Below are positions 47,651 to 57,045 of a DNA stretch of 64,000 bases, piece by piece. A program made the translations under genes and the position numbers. The stretch spans positions 1 to 64,000 of IMG/VR virus record IMGVR_UViG_3300047558_000238; one strand, written 5' to 3'. Within the stretch, counting starts at the first letter, position 1. Each line of letters opens with the position of its first letter. Source of the stretch: a virus. The notes under the pieces were generated by a model. It was given only the letters and a program-made list of their open reading frames with translations, was not told the DNA's origin and ran no database searches.

Positions 47651-48674
47651 GTCTCTCATCATTGGGGGCTAGCAACTCTGCCTGTTCCCCGTAAGATACT
47701 GATTCTTTGTTGAGACCAAGATTGTGCGCTGAGATTGCTGCAAGATCGTATGGTAGTGCTCCCCACGCAAACTCCTCGCATAGGTAGTCGAGAGGTTTCT
47801 CTTTGATTTCTAGTGCCTTCAGTGCAGTTCTAAAGCACTCTGCCCAGTCTTGCTGCTCATAGAGGTGCTGAGCTAGCTCGACTAGTGCTTCTCGTCTTCC
47901 GGGAGCTTGGTCTATAGCTTTTAGTAGCCAATCGTGTCGATTATTTGGCTCTATCTTAGCCAGATACCTCATCGAGGCTGCTCGCTCTGGTGCCCAGGTG
48001 GCGCTAGGTAGGTTAAGATGGCGTCTAAACTCGGCAGAAGCTTCTGCATACTTTCCGTAGAAGTAGAGCTCTCTAGCGTAGTAGAAAGCGTTCCTATCGT
48101 CATGTAGGTCTTCTTGTACTGCAATCTTTAGCAGCGGGAGGTATTGCGAGCGTGGCTTAGAGTTGTCAGCATGGTGGTGAATCTCTAGTCCATACCACCC
48201 CTGAGTCTCCGCAGTCTCTCCATATGAGACTAGGACCTCGTGGACTGGGTGCTTCCATCTATAGCCAAATCTGGTGTGTATCTTATCTCCGCCATACTGT
48301 AGCCCTGGCACTGTCTCGGCATCGTCTTTCCAGTTCCACGTGTACTGGTATCTTGGCCTACTAACACCGTCTGCATAGGCTTTATCAAGCTCAGAGCGCC
48401 ATCCTGGTATGAGGATCTCGTCCATGTCGAGCGCGATGCAGTAGTCGATATCAGCTGGTAGAGCAGCTAATGAAGCATTTCGAGCTAAGTCAAATCGCCA
48501 AGGTTTAACCGAGACATCTATAATATTTATGCCTAGTGACTTAGCAAGCTCTATAGTTCCATCTGAGCTACCTGTATCTGCAATAAGTAGGTAGTCAGCA
48601 TCTTTTGCAGATTCATACCAACTTTTTACAAACTGCTCTTCATTCAGTGCAATAGTGTAGACAGCTACTTTCAT
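47598..48674 (-). CDS. GT2 glycosyltransferase with TPR C-terminus
   Basis: IALNEE, DTGSSDGT, RN.SL, LDMDE, HPVHE; TPR helices. Confidence 0.9.
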   Translation of the reverse strand: MKVAVYTIALNEEQFVKSWYESAKDADYLLIADTGSSDGTIELAKSLGINIIDVSVKPWRFDLARNASLAALPADIDYCIALDMDEILIPGWRSELDKAYADGVSRPRYQYTWNWKDDAETVPGLQYGGDKIHTRFGYRWKHPVHEVLVSYGETAETQGWYGLEIHHHADNSKPRSQYLPLLKIAVQEDLHDDRNAFYYARELYFYGKYAEASAEFRRHLNLPSATWAPERAASMRYLAKIEPNNRHDWLLKAIDQAPGRREALVELAQHLYEQQDWAECFRTALKALEIKEKPLDYLCEEFAWGALPYDLAAISAHNLGLNKESVSYGEQAELLAPNDERLKTNNYYYRQALLSSAS

Positions 48675-48889
48675 TTACTAGCCTTACTCTTTCGTATCTC
48701 TAGCATGTTCCAGAGTCTCTCATGGGCATAGTAGTAGCCAAGCTCAAGTAGCGAGCCAGTAACCGCTATACCAGCTGCTGTGGCTGGGTTACCTGACCAA
48801 CCCCATGCAATAAAAAAGAAAATAAGCTCGTGAGTAACGATATAGCTTACGCTTTTTATTGCTGACTTTACTCTAGACTCTTTAGACAT
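48671..48889 (-). CDS. DUF2061-like small membrane protein
   Basis: ES...S..K..SY and YYAHERLW motifs. Confidence 0.7.
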   Translation of the reverse strand: MSKESRVKSAIKSVSYIVTHELIFFFIAWGWSGNPATAAGIAVTGSLLELGYYYAHERLWNMLEIRKSKASK

Positions 48890-48891
48890 AA

Positions 48892-50088
48892 TTAAATCGG
48901 TAAGACGCTAATGAACTCTCGTGGGTCAAAATCTCCACCAAACACCATTGTCAAAAGTCCTGGCTTAGATTCAAGACCGGCACGATCACGGAACCATTCG
49001 GACCCTGGGTCAGTGGTAGGGCACTGAAGCCATAGGCGATCACCAATATCCATAGTGCGGAAGTTGTGGAAGTGCCCGGAGATCCAAATATCAGCGTTGC
49101 CTAGCGCGGTCTGCCCTGCAGCTTGACCAGAGATATATCTTAGGACATTATTCTGGTTAGCCTGGTGCCCGTGGAACATACCGATGTGCGTCCCGCAAAT
49201 CTCTGTAACTAGTGTCTGATGCCCTGAAGCCGGGAACCTAAACTGTACGTGCTGTAGAGCTGGGTTCTCAGCGCAGGCATCTGCCACTGCTGCTGCGATC
49301 TCGACATTCCAGCCATCTGCTGGATCCGCGGCTACCTGACGAGTTACCTCGTCGTGGTTGCCGTTGATAACAGGAACAATCATATTCTCGGCTAGAGGAG
49401 CCAAAGCTTTGATCTGAGCCATAAGAAGACGACGCGCTACACGCACCTGCTCGGTGATGCCTAAGTCAGATGCAGCAAGACCCTGTAGTCGACCATTCTG
49501 AGATACGTTACCTTCTACGTGGTCTCCAGGAAGTCCTAGGGTGATGGTTCCTAGCCCTAGGCCCATCTTTTGGTACATCTTATATCTGGCAACTGCCTTT
49601 TCGGTCAGCGTTAGGATTCTAGCGACAGACTGCTCGCTGCCTCCGCTTCCAGTCTTTTTTCCTAGCTGCTGGTCGCTAGGGAAGGCTGCAAAAGAGCCAT
49701 TTCCAGTGGACTGCTTAGTTCCACGCTCTGGACGCCACTTCTTGACCTCGTCAATTAGCTTTTCTACGTCTAGCTGATCTGCATAAGTCGGCCCAGCGGG
49801 AGTTAGGTTTACCCGCATAGACTCTAAATACTCGCCATCGTACTTCTGCCACTTACCTCGGCGAAGTGATGTCACTACCCATTCATTTGGGTCTAGGCCA
49901 AATTCTTCAACCACAGAGGTGGCGTCTGATAGTTGGCCTTCTGGCTTAGGTTGCGAAATTACAAAGCCACCTTTGATGGTGTCTATGTCCATTCTTGAGC
50001 GCCACTCTTCTGGCACTCCTAATTTCTTAAAGTCTGATCCAGAATGTCCTGGACTACGAAATTGCTCTAGCTTGTCAGAGAGACTCAA
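48892..50088 (-). CDS. Calcineurin-like metallophosphoesterase / nuclease
   Basis: SDQQ.G, GDHVEG, GNHD, HGH, GHFH. Confidence 0.85.
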   Translation of the reverse strand: MSLSDKLEQFRSPGHSGSDFKKLGVPEEWRSRMDIDTIKGGFVISQPKPEGQLSDATSVVEEFGLDPNEWVVTSLRRGKWQKYDGEYLESMRVNLTPAGPTYADQLDVEKLIDEVKKWRPERGTKQSTGNGSFAAFPSDQQLGKKTGSGGSEQSVARILTLTEKAVARYKMYQKMGLGLGTITLGLPGDHVEGNVSQNGRLQGLAASDLGITEQVRVARRLLMAQIKALAPLAENMIVPVINGNHDEVTRQVAADPADGWNVEIAAAVADACAENPALQHVQFRFPASGHQTLVTEICGTHIGMFHGHQANQNNVLRYISGQAAGQTALGNADIWISGHFHNFRTMDIGDRLWLQCPTTDPGSEWFRDRAGLESKPGLLTMVFGGDFDPREFISVLPI

Positions 50089-50089
50089 G

Positions 50090-50362
50090 TCACTTCACCA
50101 ATCGTCGGCAAGAACATTTGTTCCCGCGGTGTCTATCCACAGCGCTTGCACTTATATCGTAGCCCTCTGCACGAAGCAGAGCTGCAAGGTGTGAATTTGG
50201 AATATATCCGTCGTCATTTGGTTTTAAGTCTATAACACTTTTTAGTGCAGCTTGGTCTGCTTTAGGTACTTTAGGGTCTACAGTCAGTGCTGCTAGTTTG
50301 CAAGTAGATATGACTTGCTTATATGCTTCTGAGGCAGATGCGAGTTTCTGCATTAGCGGCAT
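50090..50362 (-). CDS. Small HTH/Zn-binding hypothetical protein
   Basis: SD AAGGAG; L...GY.IS...V.RHR...CSC. Confidence 0.6.
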   Translation of the reverse strand: MPLMQKLASASEAYKQVISTCKLAALTVDPKVPKADQAALKSVIDLKPNDDGYIPNSHLAALLRAEGYDISASAVDRHRGNKCSCRRLVK

Positions 50363-50413
50363 AGTTTCTCCTTAAATAGGCCTATGCCGTTATGCTACTA
50401 CATATTTATGTAT

Positions 50414-50785
50414 TTAGCTAGACTTTTTTCTAGCTGGTCTTGTTGTCTTTTTTAGTACTGGCTGCTCTGAAGGATAAAAAACAGTGTTTGTTGTAGGAAT
50501 GCTGTGAAGACCTAGAGCTAAGTCTTTGATTAAGTCAATCTCTGTTGAAGTCTTGATTACGTGCTGCTCAATGTTATTAACACGGTCAGCTAGAGAACTT
50601 CCGCCATTCTCCCAGAGCTGGTGTTCGACTCTGCTTAGACGGTCTGATATGGTTCGACCCTCGTGGTCTACTCCAAGCGCATCATCGATTCTTCTAGCTA
50701 GTCGATATATAGCCATGAATGACCCTATAATTACACCAATAGCAGTTATAACGGCAGCGACAGTTAGAATAAGCTCGGCGGTCAT
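50414..50785 (-). CDS. Single-TM protein with coiled coil (NGGSSLAD motif)
   Basis: N-terminal TM helix; GGTAAAAT copy upstream (50838-50845). Confidence 0.65.
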   Translation of the reverse strand: MTAELILTVAAVITAIGVIIGSFMAIYRLARRIDDALGVDHEGRTISDRLSRVEHQLWENGGSSLADRVNNIEQHVIKTSTEIDLIKDLALGLHSIPTTNTVFYPSEQPVLKKTTRPARKKSS

Positions 50786-51019
50786 GTCCTATAATAGTTT
50801 CTACTTGGAAGAAAGCGATTAGATTCGCATTTCTACTATTTTACCTTATTAAGGTGCCCCTGATTAGTGGGTAAAGTCGTTAGTTCGACCGTCTCATGTC
50901 AATTTTTAGTAAATTTTAGTGTAAATTTGCATTTGCAGCATTTCTGTGTATGCTGTACGGTAAGTCTTATTGGCGGAGAGTTTTATGTATTTCTTTAGTG
51001 ACGAACGGGTCGGTGCGTA

Positions 51020-53635
51020 ATGGGAGACTGGGAGTCTGCAAATGGTCGCCTTGGTAAAGGTGCTTTGTGGTATGCCAACCAAGGCTGGAAGATTCTTCCA
51101 GTGCACGGTATCTCGAGAGATGGTCGCTGTACCTGCGGTAAGTCGCACGCTGACCCTAAAGAGATCGGTAAGCACCCGGCTATCCCTTCATGGAACTCTG
51201 AAGCATCATCAGATACAGACAAGATAAGCGCGTGGTGGTCCGAGAACCCAGACTACAACGTAGGTGTTTTCTGTAAGGCATCTGGATTTTTAGTCATCGA
51301 TATTGACCCACGCTCCGGCGGAGATGAGTCGTTCCTAAAGCTCGAAGAACGTGCCGAGGGAGCACTTCCGCCAACTGTTGAAGCTATTACTGGCGTATAT
51401 ACAGTACGTGGAAAAGCTGTTCGTGGACGTCACCTAATTTATAGGTGTGACCCTGATGAAAAATTCATTGGTAACTTTAAAAAAGAAGGCCTAGACGGTA
51501 TTGACGTCAAGCACAATGGGTATATTCTTCTTTCCCCGTCACGCCACTTTTCAGGACTCACCTATGACTGGAAGCCTGGCCATGCACCGTGGGAGCGAGA
51601 GATTGCTGAAGCACCTGAAGAACTTCTTGCTGTAGTTCGTGCCAAGTCTCTGCGCCGTAATGCTACGGGGGGTAGCTCAACTTACCGCGATGGTAGCTGG
51701 GATTGGCTGACCGACCTGGAGTTTGCTGGCGAAAAAGTTGACGTCGACAAGATTATGGAAGAAGGCCTCGTTGAAGGCCAGCGTGCGGTTGAGATTTATC
51801 GACTAGCCTGCGCTCTTGCAAATAAGTACGGAACAACTGAAACAGACCGTCTCGCAATTGAATCGATGATGATTCGCTTCAACCACGAGATGGTTAAGCC
51901 CCCTATGGAGCTTGAGGGCCAGAACTCTCTACTTATGCACGTTCACCGTGCTATCGATTTTGTGGCTGCCAACCCTAAGGTCAACCTCAAGTGGGATGGT
52001 CTGGGTGAATGGGTAAGCAAGCAAGGTATGTCATGGGCCGAGCGTTCTCAGGGGGAGGGTGTTCCTAATGCCGCTTCACCATCTGTAGGTCCTGATTTTG
52101 TAGGCAATCAGATTGCCATCAATATCGAGCAGGGTATGTCAGTTTCCGAGGCAGTTAGCAACGGCAACCTAGATGTTCCTCAGGATGTCGATGCTATTGA
52201 AGCTGAAGATGGTGGACGTCCTGGCTACCGTACCCTCACTGATGTTGGTAATGGACGTCGACTTGTCGACACGTTCTCATCATCAATTCGCTATTCTGCT
52301 GGTCTTGGCTGGTTCTATTGGGACGGCAACTATTGGAAGCCAGACGTTGAAGAACTTGAAGTTCGAGAGCTCTCTAAGCGTGTAGCTGCAGTTATTGCAG
52401 GTGAAGTAGTTCAGTTCCCTATGAACGACTCTAAGGTCAATGAGCTGGTCTCCTGGGCGAAGCAGGCTAAATCAAACACTCGTCTGAATAACATGCTGAA
52501 GAGCGCCAACACAGATAAGCGAATTGTCGTAGATGTAGAACGCTGGGATAGCGATGCTCAGCTTCTCGGTGTTGCCAATGGTGTTGTAAACCTAAAGACT
52601 GGTGAGCTCTATAAGGGCAGGCCAGACCTCTACATCACTCGTAAAGCACCTGTTGCGTACACTCCTGGCCTCCGTAATGTCCGCTGGGAGCAGTATGTTG
52701 ACTTTGTTACTGGTGGCGATAAAGAGCTTCAGGATTGGCTACAGAAGGCTGTAGGCTACACGCTTACAGGTCTAAATAGCCAAGACGTGCTCTTCTTGGT
52801 TTACGGCCCTCCAGGCTCTGGTAAGACTACTTTCGTTGAGACAATCTATAACGCACTTGGTATGCATGAATACGCTTGGAAGCTGAACTCTGATGTTCTC
52901 GCTGCTGGCGACAGCCACGGCAGTCGTAGCGACGAGTATCACATGGCAGAGCTTCGTGGTCGTCGCATGATCTGGGTAGATGAGCTTCCTGAGTCAGAGC
53001 GTCTAAAAGAAAACAAGGTTAAGCAGCTAACTGGTTCTGGCCAGATTGAAGCTCGATCACCTGGTGGACGTCCATTCACATTCAGCTCTCAAGGCAAGAT
53101 GTGGATTACCACAAACCACCGCCCTATTATTACGGACGATGCTATGTGGCGTCGTCTACGTCCTATCCCGATTACCAACATCCCTGAGAACCCAGACCCT
53201 GAGCTGCGTCCGTATCTTTCTGACCCAGATGGCGGTCTTCCTGCCGTTCTAGCCTGGGCCGTTGAGGGTGCAATTAAGTATCTAAATTCTTCAGCAAAGG
53301 ATCCGCTTGGCTGGTGTAGCGTTGTTGGCGAGGCTGCCGAGATGTATCGCAAGAATGAAGACCGTATTGGTACCTTCTTGGAGGAAGAGACTAATGCTTC
53401 TCACGGTGGCAGTCTGCAGCTAAAGCAGCTGTACGCTATCTACCGTATGTGGTCAGAAGAGCGTGGTGAGCGTGCAATGACCCAGATTGGATTCCAGCGT
53501 AAACTTTCAGACCGTGGCGAAACTATCATTGGTCAAGGCTCGCGTGCTGAGATTAAGAACCGTGTTCTGATTCCACGAGTAGTCTCTAGCGGAGAAGTTG
53601 ACTGGTCAATGCAGACAAGATTTGCTGGGCTATAG
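51020..53635 (+). CDS. Bifunctional primase-polymerase fused to D5/SF3 helicase
   Basis: GW.ILPVH..C.CG..H..GKHP, VIDID, GRH.IY; GPPGSGKTT, DE, TTNH. Confidence 0.92.
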   Translation: MGDWESANGRLGKGALWYANQGWKILPVHGISRDGRCTCGKSHADPKEIGKHPAIPSWNSEASSDTDKISAWWSENPDYNVGVFCKASGFLVIDIDPRSGGDESFLKLEERAEGALPPTVEAITGVYTVRGKAVRGRHLIYRCDPDEKFIGNFKKEGLDGIDVKHNGYILLSPSRHFSGLTYDWKPGHAPWEREIAEAPEELLAVVRAKSLRRNATGGSSTYRDGSWDWLTDLEFAGEKVDVDKIMEEGLVEGQRAVEIYRLACALANKYGTTETDRLAIESMMIRFNHEMVKPPMELEGQNSLLMHVHRAIDFVAANPKVNLKWDGLGEWVSKQGMSWAERSQGEGVPNAASPSVGPDFVGNQIAINIEQGMSVSEAVSNGNLDVPQDVDAIEAEDGGRPGYRTLTDVGNGRRLVDTFSSSIRYSAGLGWFYWDGNYWKPDVEELEVRELSKRVAAVIAGEVVQFPMNDSKVNELVSWAKQAKSNTRLNNMLKSANTDKRIVVDVERWDSDAQLLGVANGVVNLKTGELYKGRPDLYITRKAPVAYTPGLRNVRWEQYVDFVTGGDKELQDWLQKAVGYTLTGLNSQDVLFLVYGPPGSGKTTFVETIYNALGMHEYAWKLNSDVLAAGDSHGSRSDEYHMAELRGRRMIWVDELPESERLKENKVKQLTGSGQIEARSPGGRPFTFSSQGKMWITTNHRPIITDDAMWRRLRPIPITNIPENPDPELRPYLSDPDGGLPAVLAWAVEGAIKYLNSSAKDPLGWCSVVGEAAEMYRKNEDRIGTFLEEETNASHGGSLQLKQLYAIYRMWSEERGERAMTQIGFQRKLSDRGETIIGQGSRAEIKNRVLIPRVVSSGEVDWSMQTRFAGL

Positions 53636-53656
53636 GTAGATCAAACCTATATAGGT

Positions 53657-53923
53657 TTATAGCTCTTTTGGCGCTGTGCCCCAGTGGCCGATTGGGCAGT
53701 AGGCATTAGGTAGCTTAGTTTTTAGATTCATAAAACAGCCGCACTTCCTGCACTGCTTGCTGATCTTAAATAAAAATGGGCACTGTAAACATATCGACAT
53801 GCGCTCTTCAGCTACTTCATCAGATACTCTACCTACCTCAGAGTCTAGTAGGTCCCATGGCTTTGCGCTTTTTCTTAGCTCTTCTGGGCTCGGTAGCGGT
53901 GGGATCTCAGGTAGTTGGCTCAT
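53657..53923 (-). CDS. Small Cys-rich Zn-binding protein
   Basis: R..IC..C....C..CGC...K.....CP.G.W. Confidence 0.7.
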   Translation of the reverse strand: MSQLPEIPPLPSPEELRKSAKPWDLLDSEVGRVSDEVAEERMSICLQCPFLFKISKQCRKCGCFMNLKTKLPNAYCPIGHWGTAPKEL

Positions 53924-54239
53924 TGTCTATAAACTTTCCGTCTATATATCTAGATCCTATTTTAGCAGTAGCTGTAGTATCATCAACTAGAACAAATGTT
54001 GGCTGTGCCAAAAATATATCTGCTAGAGAGTCCTGGGCTCTTAGGATATCATAAACTTCACCATCTAGAACCATTGCAATGGTATGTACCGATGGTCCGC
54101 TTAGGTTCTTCTTCTGTTCCAGTGAGTACTGACTCTCTGTGCCGCTGCCATGGCTGTGTTGATGTTCCTTCGAAAAAGTATTTTTTAGCTTCTGCAGGAA
54201 TGATACTTGACTGGCTAATCCAGCCTGCTTTGGGGTAGG
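53907..54239 (-). CDS. Hypothetical protein (paralog of 54954..55187)
   Basis: Likely start MKPRHK at 54239; shared F..QPTF motif. Confidence 0.55.
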   Translation of the reverse strand, partial: PTPKQAGLASQVSFLQKLKNTFSKEHQHSHGSGTESQYSLEQKKNLSGPSVHTIAMVLDGEVYDILRAQDSLADIFLAQPTFVLVDDTTATAKIGSRYIDGKFIDNEPTT

Positions 54240-54259
54240 TATCTTATGTCTTGGCTTCA

Positions 54260-54949
54260 TTAGTCGTACTTTTTTCTGTGCCACATGGTGCGCTTATAGT
54301 TAAAGTCTTTTGTTCGTGCTAGATAAGCAAAGTAGCCTAAGTTTCTAAGGGCCTTGCTGCTAGCTGAGCGTATCTGCATTTTCCAGTCGTAGCGCTTGAT
54401 AGGGATCAACTGGGCTATAGGAGTTCCTTTAGGGATAACCCCTTCAAAATCTTCTTTTATGAAAAACGGAATGTTGCCAGCGTTAAAAAATACATCTGAA
54501 TCGATGATACCAGAGGTCACGTGGAAAGGTAGATCTTCTCTATTTAGTGGATGGGTCAGTAACACACTGAATCCACGGGGAGCCTTAAAATTCCAGAAAC
54601 CTGTAAATGCGAGATGGTTTGGCGCGAATCCTGGCAGTCTAGGCATTGTCTCGCCTAGTGCTGCTGGACGTTCGTTAATTATTTGACCAAGAGGGTTTTC
54701 CGGGTATGAAAAAAATATGTTTCCATCTTTTTTAGAGACTTCAATATCAAAAGGAATAGTTAACACATATCCGGTAATCATCGCATCTAAAAAAGGCATA
54801 CACTGTTTAAGTCCAGCTGATTTTTCACCTGTAGCGGTTAAAAAATGGCTTTCTGCAGACTTATACCACCCGGGTAGCGCTCTTTTAGTAGGTACTGGTC
54901 TTCCGTATTCAACTAAGTCTTTAGCGATAAAAAACTTTAGAAGTTTCAT
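54260..54949 (-). CDS. Hypothetical protein, possible dUTPase-like beta-clip fold
   Basis: K.C.PFLDAM..GY, G.IDSD, GVIPKGTPIAQLIP; start moved to MKLLKFF. Confidence 0.55.
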   Translation of the reverse strand: MKLLKFFIAKDLVEYGRPVPTKRALPGWYKSAESHFLTATGEKSAGLKQCMPFLDAMITGYVLTIPFDIEVSKKDGNIFFSYPENPLGQIINERPAALGETMPRLPGFAPNHLAFTGFWNFKAPRGFSVLLTHPLNREDLPFHVTSGIIDSDVFFNAGNIPFFIKEDFEGVIPKGTPIAQLIPIKRYDWKMQIRSASSKALRNLGYFAYLARTKDFNYKRTMWHRKKYD

Positions 54950-54953
54950 AAAC

Positions 54954-55187
54954 CTATGGCTTGCTGAAAGTTCCAGTAACTGGGTCGTAAATGTCGCCAG
55001 CCTCCACTGGGTCGTTAACATCTACCTGAATAAATGTTGGCTGGCCACTAAAGACCGAAGCAAGTTGAGCATCTGTTCGCATTCTTTGGTAGACAACATT
55101 ATTGATAATTAGTGCAAAACCATATTCGTTTGCGCTCTGCTGAGGCTGGCCTGGCGATTCTAGAGGCGGAATGCTTGGTAAAGTCAT
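54954..55187 (-). CDS. Small hypothetical protein
   Basis: Operon-coupled ORF. Confidence 0.6.
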   Translation of the reverse strand: MTLPSIPPLESPGQPQQSANEYGFALIINNVVYQRMRTDAQLASVFSGQPTFIQVDVNDPVEAGDIYDPVTGTFSKP

Positions 55188-55188
55188 T

Positions 55189-55998
55189 TTAGTTCCTATC
55201 TATTGATATCTTATTAATTGTACTACCCTGGCCGTATGAGCTAGGGCTGATTGCTAATCCAAATCGTTTTGTTTTTGTTGGATTGTCTGCTGCATAAGTT
55301 AGGTCAGAGCCAATTTGGCTAGAAAAATTGTAGTCAGAGTAAGCTTGAATCGTAATAACATTATTTGAAGTTTTTACTCTAAATGCCGAGATTAACGTAG
55401 ATACAGCCTGAGACCACATGACGGATATCGAACCGGATACTGACTTAAGTATTCTCAGATACTGGGGGTAGCAGGTGCTACATGAAGTTCCAGAGCAGGT
55501 GCTACATGAAGTTCCAGAGCAGGTTTGACAAGTAGTTGTTGTGCCCCCGCCGGTATAGTAGATGCAATAGAAGCCAGTCCAAAATCCGCAGGTAGGTGCA
55601 GTATAGGAGTCAACACAGTTGCAACTATATGAGTAGTTGTAGCAGTTGCAACTATATGAGTAGTTGTAGCAGTTGCAACTTTCTGCTTGACTATATTTTT
55701 GTACCCCCCACCAACTATTGGATTCAGTCACCCAGAGGGAGACCATGGCCCCTTGATCTGGAGCGGCTAGTTCTACAGATACATTTTCTACGCCCATGTC
55801 TGTAGTCATCATTGGATATGTTCCAGCACCAGTAACTGTAGTCAGCTTATTGCTTACAATGCTAAATGTTCCTGCTGCTATATCCCATTTGCTGCCATCA
55901 GTAGCAACTCCAGGACTGTTTGTTATGTCAGCTCTAGTGAAAGTATCAACAAACTTTTTTCTTACAGCTTGAGCTTTGATGCCTATTGACGGTCTCAC
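55189..55998 (-). CDS. Beta-rich putative receptor-binding protein with Cys-rich tandem-repeat insert
   Basis: GTG 55998 overlaps the upstream TAG; (CNCYNYSYS)n and (CSGTSCST)n arms. Confidence 0.65.
   Translation of the reverse strand: MRPSIGIKAQAVRKKFVDTFTRADITNSPGVATDGSKWDIAAGTFSIVSNKLTTVTGAGTYPMMTTDMGVENVSVELAAPDQGAMVSLWVTESNSWWGVQKYSQAESCNCYNYSYSCNCYNYSYSCNCVDSYTAPTCGFWTGFYCIYYTGGGTTTTCQTCSGTSCSTCSGTSCSTCYPQYLRILKSVSGSISVMWSQAVSTLISAFRVKTSNNVITIQAYSDYNFSSQIGSDLTYAADNPTKTKRFGLAISPSSYGQGSTINKISIDRN
55470..55524. repeat. 24-nt exact tandem repeat (2.3 copies)
   Basis: AGCAGGTGCTACATGAAGTTCCAG x2 plus partial copy. Confidence 0.95.
55616..55680. repeat. 27-nt exact tandem repeat (2.4 copies)
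   Basis: CAGTTGCAACTATATGAGTAGTTGTAG x2 plus partial copy. Confidence 0.95.
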
Positions 55999-56714
55999 TA
56001 TGCCACCGTATCCCCAAACAATACCCACAAGTCAGTGCCGCGCTTGTAAAGCGTAGCGGATGACCACTGAGCACGCAGTTTATTTCCAGGAGTATAGTTT
56101 AGGGTTACACCAGCACCCGGTGACACGGTAACTTGACCTGCTCCAGTTTGCATAATTGATATCGTTGATCCAACTGCTATAGCAGCTGAAGAATTAGGCG
56201 GAACTGTGACAGTTATTGCAGCCGAGTTGTTTAACTCGATAAAGTAGGCAACATCGCCTGCAACTAAAGTATATGAAGTTCCAGTTTGGTTGTTTACTGG
56301 ATAAGTAAGTGAGGCTTTAGAGTTCAACTGTGTCTGTATCGGTGAGGTTACACCGCTAGCGTAGTTTAGCTCAGTGGTGGTTACAGTTGCGCCATCTAGA
56401 ATGTTAAGTTCTGCTGCTGTTGCCGTAACTCCCTCTACACCGGGGCCTGTCGGTCCAATCGGTCCTTGAATTCCGTCTGCTCCTGCTGGTCCAGTTGGTC
56501 CCATTGGGCCAGCTGCTCCATCTGCACCTGGTAGCCCATCGGCACCAGGTAGCCCGTCAGCACCCGTGGCACCAGTGGGTCCAGTTGGTCCGGTAGGGCC
56601 AACCACCATAGCTGTATTTGATGCCTTCCAGAAGGTGCCATTCCATGTCCAAGACTGGTCACCTAAAACATACGTCTGCCCTACAGTAGGGGTGTTAGGG
56701 AAATTGATTGGCAT
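55998..56714 (-). CDS. Short collagen-like fibre protein
   Basis: INFP..P.VGQ.Y N-terminus, Gly-X-Y tract, C-terminal LRAQWS..W...GD domain. Confidence 0.8.
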   Translation of the reverse strand: MPINFPNTPTVGQTYVLGDQSWTWNGTFWKASNTAMVVGPTGPTGPTGATGADGLPGADGLPGADGAAGPMGPTGPAGADGIQGPIGPTGPGVEGVTATAAELNILDGATVTTTELNYASGVTSPIQTQLNSKASLTYPVNNQTGTSYTLVAGDVAYFIELNNSAAITVTVPPNSSAAIAVGSTISIMQTGAGQVTVSPGAGVTLNYTPGNKLRAQWSSATLYKRGTDLWVLFGDTVA

Positions 56715-56715
56715 A

Positions 56716-57045
56716 TTACACTAGACCTCTCGATAAAGCATCAATCTCTAGGTCGGTTAGCCCAGCGATATCTTTTAATTTCTGTCTAGCAGTAATAGGG
56801 GCTGATATTTTCTCTAACTCTTCTGTAGTTAGATCACGTAAAGTCCATACTTGACGCCATACCCCATCAATTTCCTGTGGAAAGAGCTCCTGAAGAACTT
56901 TACCATCTATCAATGCAGGTGGATCAGTTGGTTTTACTAATGTCCACCCTGTAGGTAGACCAAACTCTGGTTCCCAGTCGGGGTTGGCAACTTTGATATC
57001 ACCAATGTGTCGTGGATACTCATTATTAGGGCTGATGTATAGCAT
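56716..57045 (-). CDS. Fibre-associated small protein
   Basis: Position; [14 protein letters not shown]. Confidence 0.55.
   Translation of the reverse strand: MLYISPNNEYPRHIGDIKVANPDWEPEFGLPTGWTLVKPTDPPALIDGKVLQELFPQEIDGVWRQVWTLRDLTTEELEKISAPITARQKLKDIAGLTDLEIDALSRGLV

Noticed and set aside
55470-55680. 24- and 27-nt direct repeats as a mini-CRISPR
   Set aside because: They are tandem with no spacers, in-frame multiples of 3, inside a CDS.
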